Source: Camelus ferus
Taxonomy: Eukaryota
NCBI RefSeq assembly: GCF_009834535.1
Contig: NC_045696.1
Coordinates: 22,508,001 to 22,572,000 of the forward strand
Length of the DNA stretch: 64,000 bases
Reading direction: 5' to 3'
Positions 53,431-64,000 of the stretch are shown piece after piece. A model generated the notes under the pieces. That model saw only the letters and a list, made by a program, of their open reading frames with translations. It made no database searches and had not been told where the DNA came from. How positions within the stretch are numbered: position 1 is the stretch's first letter; each line of letters begins with the position of its first letter. A program made the position numbers and the translations under genes.

Positions 53431-54212
53431 CTTATGAGTAAACTGATAAATTAAAAGGTGTTAATTATTTGGAGGTGTTTGGAATGCAAGAATTTGAGGT
53501 GAAATGAGTCACTTTTTGGCACTGCTTTGGCAGCCTATGAGTCAAAGTGGGAAAATAAGTTGTGAAATACGCTATTAGGGCCTGAATAAAGTGGTTAGGT
53601 GCTATATGGGCTTTTAAGATGCTGGTGAGAAGCTGATTAAAGGAACAATCTGTGGGTTTCAGGGCAGACTAGGAGACAAGGCAGTACAGAAAGACACGTT
53701 GCCCAGGGACCCAGGGAGTGGAGGAAATGGATTCTTTGAGGACAAAGGACAATAGATTCATTAGGATGAACCTGATGGCAGGAGAGGGGAAATTCTGAGT
53801 TCTGGATTTCAGAAATTAAAAAATTCAGAGTGATGGTCAGGCACAAGGTAAATGTTTCTTGTAAAGAGTAGAAGTAGGGTGGAAATAAACGTTATCTGAG
53901 TTGTGCAGGATAAGCACTGTCACCCAATATTTTCACGGAAAGAAAGGATTCTCGGAAGAAAAAACTAAGAATGCTCTTAAAAGTGTAAGCAATTGGAACA
54001 CTTATGTTTTTTGGAATTGGAATACATTGTTTGTTAATAACAATGATATAATTATTTTAAAAAGGTAACGACATTAATAAAATTTAAACCATGGCACAGA
54101 CCACGCATTTACACAATTCATACAATTTGTAAAGTGTCCTTTAATCTTGTATTGGACTATGCTATATCCCTACCTAGCCCCTTTCCTAGTTCTTCAATAG
54201 CATTAAAAAATA

Positions 54213-54749
54213 TTTTTTTAATTGAAGTGTAGTTGATTTACAGTGTTAGTTTCAGGTGTACGGCAAAGTGATTCAGTTATACATTTTTTTTCTTTTCAGA
54301 TTCTTTTCCATCATATGTTATTACAAGAGATTGAATATAGTTCCCTGTGCTATACAGTAGGCCCTTGTTGTTTATCTATTTTATATATAATAATGTGTGT
54401 CTGTTAATCCCCAACCCCTAATTTATCTCTCCCCGTCCTTTCCCCTTTGGTAACCATAGTTTGTTTTCTATGTCTGTGAGTCTATTTCTGGTTTGTAAAT
54501 GGAATTTGTATCATTTTTTTTAAGATTCCACATATCAGTGATATCATATGGTATTTTTCTTTTCTCTTTCTGGCTTACTTTACTTAGAATGATGATCTCT
54601 AGGTCCATCCATGTTGCTGCAAATGGCATTATTTCATTCTTTTTTATGTCTGAGTAATATTCCATTGTATAAATATATGATATCATCTTTATCCAGTCAT
54701 TTCTTAATGAACATTTAGGTTGTTTCCATGTATATTCTATTGTAAATAG
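54213..54749 (-). mobile_element. Short 5'-truncated lineage-specific LINE-1 (ORF2 C-terminus and 3' UTR)
   Basis: Peptide TWKQPKC..WIK..YIYTMEYYSDIKKNEIMPFAATWMDLEIIILS. Degenerate TSD at 54196-54212 and 54750-54766 (13/17 identical). Confidence 0.95.
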
Positions 54750-55852
54750 AATAGCCTTTAACATTACTTCTGGACTCCTATTGGCAATTTTGCTTTCTTT
54801 GCAGAAACATCTGTGCAGTTCTTTAGAAAAGCTAAAATTATGCAGCTTTGGCACGCATACAGTGTATTTTAAATTAATTAACTTTAATGTGATCAGCACT
54901 ATCCCCTAGATTAGGTGACCTCTATGAATTATATTAGTTGAAATATAGTTCTTTGATTTAATAAAGGGTCCGCTGAAAGAAATCTGAATTAAATCACTGA
55001 ACTTGTTTATATATCTGCAGTAGGGAAGAGTATAAGCGAATCTTACAAAAATTAACCACCTTTCTCTGTTGATGGGTCATCATTCTTGCCAATTTCTCAT
55101 AAAACTCAGTTTTTTTTAATCTTAGGGATCTTTATCTTCAGAAGTTGGCTTTCATTCCATTTTATATTCTGGCCTATTTACAACCCACTTTCAAATATTA
55201 TCCTCTCTTAAAGGCGAAAAGTTGGTCTTATCTTCTTTTATGCATATAATGAAATTGCAACTCAGTGAGGTTAATTGATTAGAACAAGAATGCACAAAAA
55301 ATTATAAATGGTTCTGTGCTCAGAATTAGAAGTGCAACGTAGATTCCACCCACAGAACTGTGAAATGCTTTGTGCATTAATATAAATACAGTTTTTCTTA
55401 ATTCTGCTGAATCAAGATGCTTAATGAAAAGTCAGATGAAGAATAAGCCACAGACCTCTGAAGGCAAATAATTGTATTGATATAATTCCTTCAGTTTGAT
55501 GAGGAATAAATTCTAATTCTTAATATCAAATAGTTCTTACCTGGCATTTTCCTCTCTTTTAAATTTAATGATGATTAAGACTTAGCATATTCTGCAAAAA
55601 CTTGAAACAACTAATTGGAACAATATAGGCAAAGTTCTAAATTTCCTGTTCAAAGTTTTCTACTATTAAAATTCCAGTATGAACTTGAATCACAGAAGAT
55701 TTTTCTATTGTCAGAAATTGTTCTCATACTTGAGACTCTTTAAATGCCACATGTAGGCTGTACAATATTGGTCTGTCTTATTTTCACTTGCAAGTTATTT
55801 TCAGTCTGTGAGACTGAACTGCTGAGACACACTGCCAGACTGTGATGCTCAC

Positions 55853-56300
55853 TGTTATGGGCTGAATTTTGTGCCCCCCAAATTCACATGTTGAATTCCC
55901 AAACCCCAGTATCTCAGAATGTAATTGCATTTGGAGATCGGAACCTTCAATAAAGAGGTAATTGAAGTTAAATGAATTCAGATGGGTGGGCCCTAATCTG
56001 TGTAACTGTATTTGGATAGCAGGCCTTTAAAGAGGTGAATAAGTTGAAATGAGGTCAATAGGGTGGATCCCTAATCCAATATGACTGTGTCCTTATAAAA
56101 AGAGAAGGAGACACTAGGGATGCATGTGCCATGTGAGGACAGTGAGAAGACAGCCATCTGCAAGCCCAGGAGAGAGGCTTCAGGAGAAAGCAAACCTTGA
56201 TGTTGGACTTACAGCCTTTAAAACTCTGAGAAAGAAATTTCTGTGTGTAAGTTACCCAGTCTGGGGAAATTTGTTATGGCAATCCTAGCTGACTAATATA
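55853..56300 (+). mobile_element. MaLR solo LTR (MLT1A/B-like) with an internal duplication of about 80 bp
   Basis: tgttatgggctgaatt..ccctaatccaatatgactgtgtccttataaaaagag..gccatctgcaagcc..gactaata. TSD ctcac/ttcac. Confidence 0.92.
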
Positions 56301-56389
56301 TTCACTAACAGATGACTTTTTTTCCAGAACATTCTATGACATTGAAACTTCAGGTTCTGTAAATGAGTCAGTGCTTTACTATTATTGCT

Positions 56390-56650
56390 GCCCTAAGGCA
56401 AATGGAAGATTGAATTTCCTGGACCCCCTGTGGATGGAGGGTCTGTGTTACTAGTTCTAGAGCATTTAATTGTTAGTGCCAGAATTTCCAGAATTCTCTC
56501 TGCCTAGGTGATCATGAAAACATGAGGTAGGATTGCTCCCTGACTGACTATATATACATCTTATATAGAAACTTTTATTCTGTGAGGCCACTGAAATTGG
56601 GAAGGGGTGTTTGTTGGGGGGTCACTGTTTGTTACCAAAAATTTATCCTT
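56390..56650 (+). mobile_element. Old MaLR LTR fragment (MLT1I/J-like)
   Basis: gattgaatttcctggacccc..aaacttttattctgtgaggccactgaaattggga..tttgttacc. Confidence 0.6.
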
Positions 56651-57664
56651 TAATTTATCCCTTCTGATACAACTGTGTGTTATATTCATTACAAATGAGT
56701 GGCAGCTACCTAATATTTTCCTGCAGTTAAAGAAGACATACAAAGATAAAATCAAGTATCAACTGATGCACACACGACCAGCAAAAACATTCCAATACCT
56801 TGTTTATGCAAATTGTTGAATCCACAGATAATTTGATCATTCCTATTCATCTCCATGGAACGGGGTTAAAAATATTTTATCCATATCAGGGGAAGAATAT
56901 TTGGGTGATTAAAGGCCTAGAGCTGGCAAATGTGAGTCTTCACTGTTTATAGAACAGCATTGGCAAGATTCCTAAACATCACCATTTATAAAACCATAAA
57001 ACCCCCTATTCAACATGAAACAAAGCCAAAGTTCATTTGCACAGTTCTGCTGCTGTAATTGAAACCACTTAGGGCTGTTTATTGTTCTAAGACCAGAAAC
57101 AATAAAGACAGCGTAAACAAGAAACTGACCCAGTGTGATGCTATCGGATGAATCAAAGAAAAACAACTAAGTTTTCGCATACACAGTTGAGCTCATACTC
57201 TTCCTGACTGTGGAACATGCCAGCGTGAAGCTTTCTGTTATCTTTTTTTGAAATTAGGGATGAGGGAAAGGGCAAGTCTGAAGTGATTATAGAGAGAGCT
57301 CTGTCTCAGTATGTTTCTTTTCTCTTTAATTTATACTCTATAACATAAATCTGACTAGGGAGAAAATAAAGCTGATTTTATGCAGCCATTCATTCTGTCC
57401 TTCATGAAGAAAAGGCAGAATACTGTTCTCTTTATTTAAAAAGTTTGGTTAAAGATTCGAAGGGACCTTACATAAAGACAATAGATATTAAGGAAACATA
57501 ACAAGACCAAAAGTTAAAGTGAACTGATTCCCAAGTGTTCAAACTGTTAGGAGACACTAGCAAACTGGAACAGGGATCGTAAATTGGGAAGGCAGTGGGG
57601 GCCGCTGAGTGGTTTTTAGTCCCTCAGAGATGACATTGGGCCATTCCTTCTGCTTTGTTTTCAG

Positions 57665-57722
57665 TGTTTGTGTTGGTAGTTTTTCAGATTCAACTCTGTT
57701 GATATGTGTGAATGGAACTCAG
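57665..57722 (+). other. Candidate small exon (unverified)
   Basis: Pyrimidine tract plus cag at 57642-57664 (alternative ttttcag ending 57687) and donor CAG|GTAAGA at 57720-57728. Confidence 0.25.
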
Positions 57723-59059
57723 GTAAGAGAATCAGGATGGCAGAAGGAGAGAGTGGTTTTAGGGTCACCTTCTCTATGAGACTACAGAGGCTACTCAGCT
57801 AGACACCCAGGTACCACTGCACATGCTGCGTAGATAGAGCCATTGGCTGAATTCACTGAGAACCAACATTAGACATCATGAGGTCGCCTGTGTTTAGATG
57901 CAGGAGGTAGGAGACTGGGGGTTCCACCAGCTGCAGCTTCTTCAGATGGGGAGGTAGCCAGGCATTCAGGGCCCTGACCAGAGCAGCCACTCAGCGTCAG
58001 ACAACAGTAAAGGTTCCGGGGACAGTGAGTGGCAGGGGGTTCCTTCTCCACCTGGACACACTGTTTGTTTTGTTTTTGTTTGGTGTTTGGAGAGTAAAGT
58101 TGGGGAAGTTACTGAAAGCCTAGAATTTACAGGCTGGGTTTACCTGAAAGAGAATGTTTTATAATGGGAGAGAGTAAGGTAATAATTTGCATTATTAATT
58201 ATTTCTGTTATTATGATGTGGATGGTGGTGTAATTTTCCCCTGATGCCCAGTGGAAGGTGGGCTTATGGATGATAGGTTCAGCTCCATTATATAACGCAA
58301 AGAAGCAACAGAATTTTGCACAAGAAGAGATGTATTATGTACATTATCACTCCTTCTACAAATACTTATTGATATTTGCTATAAGTAAGGTACTGGACTA
58401 GTCATTTTATTCATTAGTCATGTTACCTAAGACATTTTCATTGTTAAGTTTTTCAGTGCACAATTTATTATGGCTGTAGGTTGCTCTTTTTACTGCTCTA
58501 ATTATTGTAAATACATATGTTTACTCAGGTTTAATGTAAGATTAAAAGCATAATTTGCCATCTCTTTTGGGGAATATGTTCTATCTATAGCAGTTTTATT
58601 AGTGGCATATGTTTTTAATTCTTGTTTCATTTGCATTTCCACATTCCAAGGTGGAATACTTATTTATTTGATACACACTCTTCTCTTAAATACATCAAAT
58701 CTATTTCAGTGCCTACAATAGTGTAAGCACCCCACAGAGACTTGGTGAATGAATGAGTGAATATATAATTTTTCAGACTGTGTTCAATTTGAGAAAAGAT
58801 TACAGATACTGTATAACCCAGAATATACTCTACAATTCAGAGTAATTTGTTTAAAAAATAAATATCCTTTGATGACCTACAGATAAATGTTTATTGTAGA
58901 AAATCAGAAAGTAGCAGTGTCCACTTTCAGAGAAGCAAAATATATGTAAGTATCCAGTTTCACTGAACTTTCTCTTATTCTTTTCATAGTAGTTAAAAAT
59001 ATATATATATATATATTACCATAAAAAGGGTACATTCATTGTTTTTATAGACACATGTG

Positions 59060-59062
<3 letters not shown>

Positions 59063-59108
<46 letters not shown>
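59063..59108. repeat. Perfect (AC)23 microsatellite, with an (AT)n run at about 58998-59016
   Basis: Read directly from the sequence. Confidence 0.97.
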
Positions 59109-59111
<3 letters not shown>

Positions 59112-59434
59112 GTTAGCTGATAATAACAAAGACATAACTTTCCCTGAGAATACTTGTATTGTAAAAGGCAATTTTGAGGGTCAAAATATCTCAAAGAGCC
59201 TATACAATGAAAATGGGAGATAACAAACTGTTTAATTCATATTTTGAGTTGGGATTAAACAGTAAGAGAAGATAAAATGTACCCTGAATTGTATTATTGC
59301 TGCATAAGAAAAAGGCATTTAAATACACTCTCTTCCAACTCTGACTTAACTTTTCGTTTTCTGTAAATATGTTCTTATTGTGAATAAAGGACATAAAGCT
59401 CAAATTGGATCTCAAAGGCCAGCTGTTACTGAGA

Positions 59435-59665
59435 CACAGTTGGTATAGTGGTTAAGACAGGCCCTAGAACCAGGAGGCCTGAGTTCCAGTCCTAGCTTTG
59501 CTGCTTGTTGGATGAATAACTGGAGGCAAATTACCTAACCTTTCGGAGCCCATCAGTAAAACTGCTAAAACCCTAGGCTTGGTGTCACAGACCTGTGGTG
59601 AGGATTAACTGGGTTAATGAGTGCTAACAGTTCAGAATGGTGACGACACAGGGTTAGCTAATATT
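59435..59665 (+). mobile_element. MIR SINE
   Basis: ggtatagtggttaaga..gcctgagttccagtcctagctttgc..ggcaaattacctaacctttcggagcc..gtggtgaggattaa. Confidence 0.9.
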
Positions 59666-62600
59666 GGGACATTTAATCACTTCAGATTTGGAAACAATCT
59701 TGGAGGAGGAGGACTCAGAGAAGAGCAATTGAAATAATTTAAAGAATAGAAGAATTCATCTTCTGCGGGAAAATAAAGGGCATAAAATATGCATTGCCTG
59801 GCGAAGGGACAGGGAGAGGAACATAATAACCACCCACTCATCTTTCAAAGATTCAAGTGGTGAAGAAAATTGTTTAACACGATACAAAGGAATAAAACTA
59901 TGATTCGAAAGACAACGTCTAGAAAGAAAAACGTTTTGCTTAACACCGGGACCGGGAAAAGAGATACTTTAAAACTGAGAACGATTTAGGTGCAGGAAGC
60001 CTCCCAAGAAGGGTGAGTGAAGCCTTGCTCGTGAAAGCATGTTACCACTCACGTGTGAGAGGGACTAAAGGTCACTGTCCTGTTCAGTTTGGAAGGCGAA
60101 CTAGAGCAGCTCTCACTGTGCCAAGTGTAAACCCAGTCTTCTTTCTTTCCCCTGTGGGAGAGACAGTGCAGCTCATCAGTAGGAATTTCAGCCTTTTGTG
60201 ATATTTACTGTATCTGCAGAACCTAAAAATTCAGTTTGTGGCAGGAGTAGATGTGTTTAAATAGAATAAAAAATGAAAATAAAAATGCATTTTCTTCCAA
60301 ATATTGGAGTAACGCCATGTTCACAGGGTACAAGAAAGCTGGGTCACTGTTCTCTGCTCCCCAGTGCACCTCAACCTGCCCTCACACGGAATACTTGTTG
60401 GCCTGCGTTCACCTGGCCTGGCCTGTTCAAATTTGTGTTGAACATGTAAAATGGGAGAGACCAGGCTTTCTTCTTGGATACTTGCTGTTCTTTTATGTCG
60501 GTAGAAAAGGTGAAGCTAAATTTCCATGCCACGTGAGAAATTCAATAAGCCAAACCAGAGACCCTAGTCAATACATATGGTTTCTAGGAAGTGAGAACAA
60601 TGGGAAACCTATTTCTAATGTACAACGTAAAAGGTGAAAAAGTGAAATAAAAAACAAAGAGCAGACCTGGACTGAAAATTAAATAGAGCATGCATTACTC
60701 ACTATGATAATTTTTTTCTTTTTTTTTTCCTTTTTCAGTTTTATTAGGTAGAATTATTACAGTGTGACTACACATATACATTATATTGCACATAAATACA
60801 TATATACAGTATACTGCACATTGTTTTTAGTTTATATATACATGTTAATTCTTATTTTGTGGTTGGCTTTATTCTTTTGATAACTATGTACATTTAAAAA
60901 GCTACAGCTCTAATCTGTTCTTAAAAACAATGATCAGTACGTATATGTAAGCTATGCTAATTGTTTTTTAAGCTGATTTGATGACTCTAGGGAAGTATCC
61001 ATAAGGATTTGCCTCTAACACACAGGAAGAAAAAAATATTTTAGATTTGTTTGCTTTTCTTCCTAGAGTGAATTATGTAGAGATTCTGACAAAGGCAGTG
61101 TAAGCCAATGGTCAGCTTGGAACTATGAAGAGAAAAACCCAGACGGCAGATGGTTAATCTTCATATGGTTTAATTTAGTGCAGTTTAATAATAATAAAAT
61201 CTTACATACTTAACAGCACTTTTTAATTTTCAAGTGATTTCTTATGTTTTCACATTTGATCAGTTTTGATTTATCATTTAAAGAAATCAGTCAGAGAGGG
61301 AGGTCTGGCCCATGTTTAAGAAGTAATAGACTGTTTTGTTTCTATATGACTTTAATATATAGAGATTTCTGTGTTCAGAAAATTGGAAAATTTTCCTGAG
61401 AAGAAGACTATTAGCAATTTCATTTCTTTTAGTGTTTGTATTCCCAAAGCTAATTCAGTGGTTTAGCCATTTGAAATTGGAGGCCAAGAGATACAATTTT
61501 TATTTATAAATCTTGATTTCACACTGTAAGTTAGAATTCTTAAATATTTATATGTGCTAAAATCTGATCAGAACCAAAGCCTTAATTATAAATAATGTTT
61601 AGTAAAAACAATCCAATGTCTAAACAAAATAAAATTACTTTTTTTGAAATTGATTTTAATTATACCATGGCTTTATGCATGAAAACAAAACCAAAAACTT
61701 AATCCAAATGATTGAATCTAGTTCAAGTGGAGTACTTGGTAAATAAAAATAAACTATTACTTTTAGTAATACTGCTTATATTGAAGGTAAGATATTAGTT
61801 GACCCAAATAATTGCTTGAATATAATCATATGCATTTTTATATAGAATTTGGGGCAATACATTTGCTAATTGGTCTTCCCCACCACAGTTATTCCATGTT
61901 TGGCTTACAGTTACATTATGCATGGAAGTTGCAAGATGGTGAGAAATGGTTCTATAACACTAACACACTCTTTTCACCTTCCATGCTAGATACAACCTTT
62001 TAATTTTACCTGTTAAACAAAGAAATCCCTAGGCACTAAAATTTTCGTTTTGAACACAGGGCAATGTTGCTTCACTGAGTTTATTCAAGTAATGTCAAAC
62101 TAGAATCGTTTTGTTCTCTTCTCTTAAGCGCTCTCAGTGTTATAATCCTCCCTAAGACCAGCCACTTACATCGCAGACCTTGCTTCACGCTGCAGTGACT
62201 GAGGGCAGTGAGAGTGTGATGGTGGCCCAAAGCAGGGAGAGAGTCCTTCCAGTGACCTGGCCTGTGGTGGGAGTCGGGGAGGCCTTAGAGGAAAGGGGCA
62301 TTTGGTCGGTGTCTTGAAGCAAGAGGAGAACTTAGTGCTGCAGGAGGACAAAGAGGGAAGAAATATCAGCATCAAGGCACAAAGATGTGGATGTGGGCAA
62401 AAAGCAGTGTTTGGGGTCCTGCTTTGCCAACTAAGTAATTCCGTGAGCTCTAGGCACAAGTGGTGGGTCCACATGGTGTGCAGACTTGTGCAGGCTTGCT
62501 GGGTCAGTGTCATAGCAGAGGGACCGTCCACTGGAATTCAGAATTTAAGTTAAATAAGTGTGTGCTTGGAGGGTGGTTGGTGGGTGGGTGTGTGTCTGTA

Positions 62601-63014
62601 TGTACATAATTTCTGTCTGTCAGCTGCATTACTCTGGGCATGTGAGACACAGAGAAGAGTAAGAGAACATTACCTTCAGGAGCCCTGCAGGCTCCTAACC
62701 ACAAACCGCCATCTGCCCACACCAAGCTCCTCGGACCATCCTGACAAGGCTGGGTGAGCACGTTTAGAGACGAAGAGCAAATGGGAGCTGGTACAGAACC
62801 AAGCACTCCAGCTTTGGAGAAATCAGATGGCAAACATCTCATTTTGATGGCTGACCAGCAGCATCAACTTTTCATACGAAGAACAGTTCATTAGCACTGA
62901 GTAACTAGTTTATTAACAACCATAAAGGCATTGAAGCCTGACCTGAGTGCTTGTGTTTTCAATTTTTTAATTTTTCTTGGAGAAGCTTCTCCTCAGCCCA
63001 TTGTGGTTCTTGTC

Positions 63015-63235
63015 CAGTGCAATGTGGCGGAGGGCTTTGTACCTGGGGGTCAATGGCCCAGGGCCTGAGTCCAGTTTTGTTGCTTTCTAGGTGTCTGCAC
63101 ACAAGGTCACTGGGTTCCATTTCCCCATTGGTAATAGCATCTCTAGTCTCTCCTGCTTCATAGAGTTGTGAGGATAAAATAAGATGATTGATGTAAAGGA
63201 TTATGTAAATTGTAAGAAAGGCTGTATAAATATAA
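63015..63235 (+). mobile_element. MIR SINE (MIRb/c-like)
   Basis: gcctgagtccag..tcatagagttgtgaggataaaataagatga..tgtaaattgtaa..gctgtataaatataa. Confidence 0.8.
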
Positions 63236-63241
63236 CGAATT

Positions 63242-63434
63242 GGAGTGTAGCTCAGAGGTAAGGCGTTTGCTGTAAAAACCGGCGGTTAACCACTGTTATT
63301 GCCTTCATTGTGGTGGACAGACACGTAAAAACCGAGCCTAACAGTGACTTCTGTAGCTCCATCAGGTCACTGCGAAAACAGCTTGCGTTATCTGGATACG
63401 AAAGTATCCAGATTACGAAGAAATACCATGTTTT
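63242..63434 (+). other. Unexplained structured, CpG-retaining element with tRNA-like head (candidate ncRNA or regulatory element)
   Basis: GGAGTGTAGCTCAGAGGTAAGGCG head; hairpins at 63342-63372 and 63382-63420; first T4 at 63431-63434; no canonical B box. Confidence 0.3.
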
Positions 63435-64000
63435 AATACGTTATCTCTTGAGTATTTAGATAACATTTTGAGGGCCTTCTATTTTATTAACCTGCTCAGT
63501 GGATAAAGAATTGAGAATTACATTCCTGTACTGTACGAGGAATTTCACTTTATCAGCATCTGACATGACTTCAGAAAATGCTGATGGTTCTGAAACAGTT
63601 TGTTGCTCAGTACATCTCCCATCACTGAAAGCATTAGAGACTCTTATCGAATAAGAATTGATTAAACTTAGAGCTTCCCAGAAAGGCTATTAATGTAGAT
63701 TAATGAGTTTCTGAGAGATTAGAGTTAGGGAGTTTGATATAAAACATGTACCAAAATTAGCAGAATGCCATGTCAGGGAAGAACAAAGAAAAAGCGTCAT
63801 TTAAAACTTTCTATCTGATTATCTAGTGTTTATTTAGTATGCAGCTATAAATATGCATACTTTAAATGACGATGTTAAAGAACCATTAATATTGTTTTAA
63901 AAACTAATTTTCTAGTGAGTGTGTGTAGATATATAATTTTATCCTTCAAGATGAAAAACTTTGGTTATCATCAAAGAAGTTAAACTTTATATATTGAGGA

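Noticed and set aside
54468..54899. 143-aa ORF with strong protein similarity
   Set aside because: It is the C-terminus of a truncated L1 ORF2 fused to flanking DNA, not a host gene.
63242..63315. Intact tRNA gene
   Set aside because: Only the 5' part is tRNA-like; there is no T-arm GTTC motif and no acceptor-stem pairing.

Overview
AT-rich, CpG-depleted eutherian mammalian genomic DNA, most likely a camelid, judged from a tRNA-derived vic-1-type SINE at 20745-20870. I find no supportable protein-coding gene, rRNA, intact tRNA or CRISPR array; the ORF track is decayed LINE-1 ORF2 fragments or chance ORFs. Much of the window is fossil interspersed repeat: L1 of several ages, L2, MIR, MaLR/ERVL solo LTRs, MER2/MER20/MER45 DNA transposons and microsatellites. 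Repeat subfamily names come from recalled consensus features, not a database search, and old-repeat boundaries are approximate. The minus-strand bias of the L1s and LTRs and several + strand splice signals suggest an intron of a + strand transcript (inference). The most interesting unexplained segments are: (i) 63236-63445, a CpG-retaining element with a tRNA-like A-box head, two hairpins (one a perfect 10-bp stem with a cGAAAg loop) and a T4 end; (ii) 14370-14970, a non-A-rich segment whose broken translation follows the motif order of a LINE APE endonuclease; (iii) an old/young L1 chimera at 7190-8540; (iv) a fold-back rearranged MLT2 LTR end at 34816. All are hypotheses needing computational checks.
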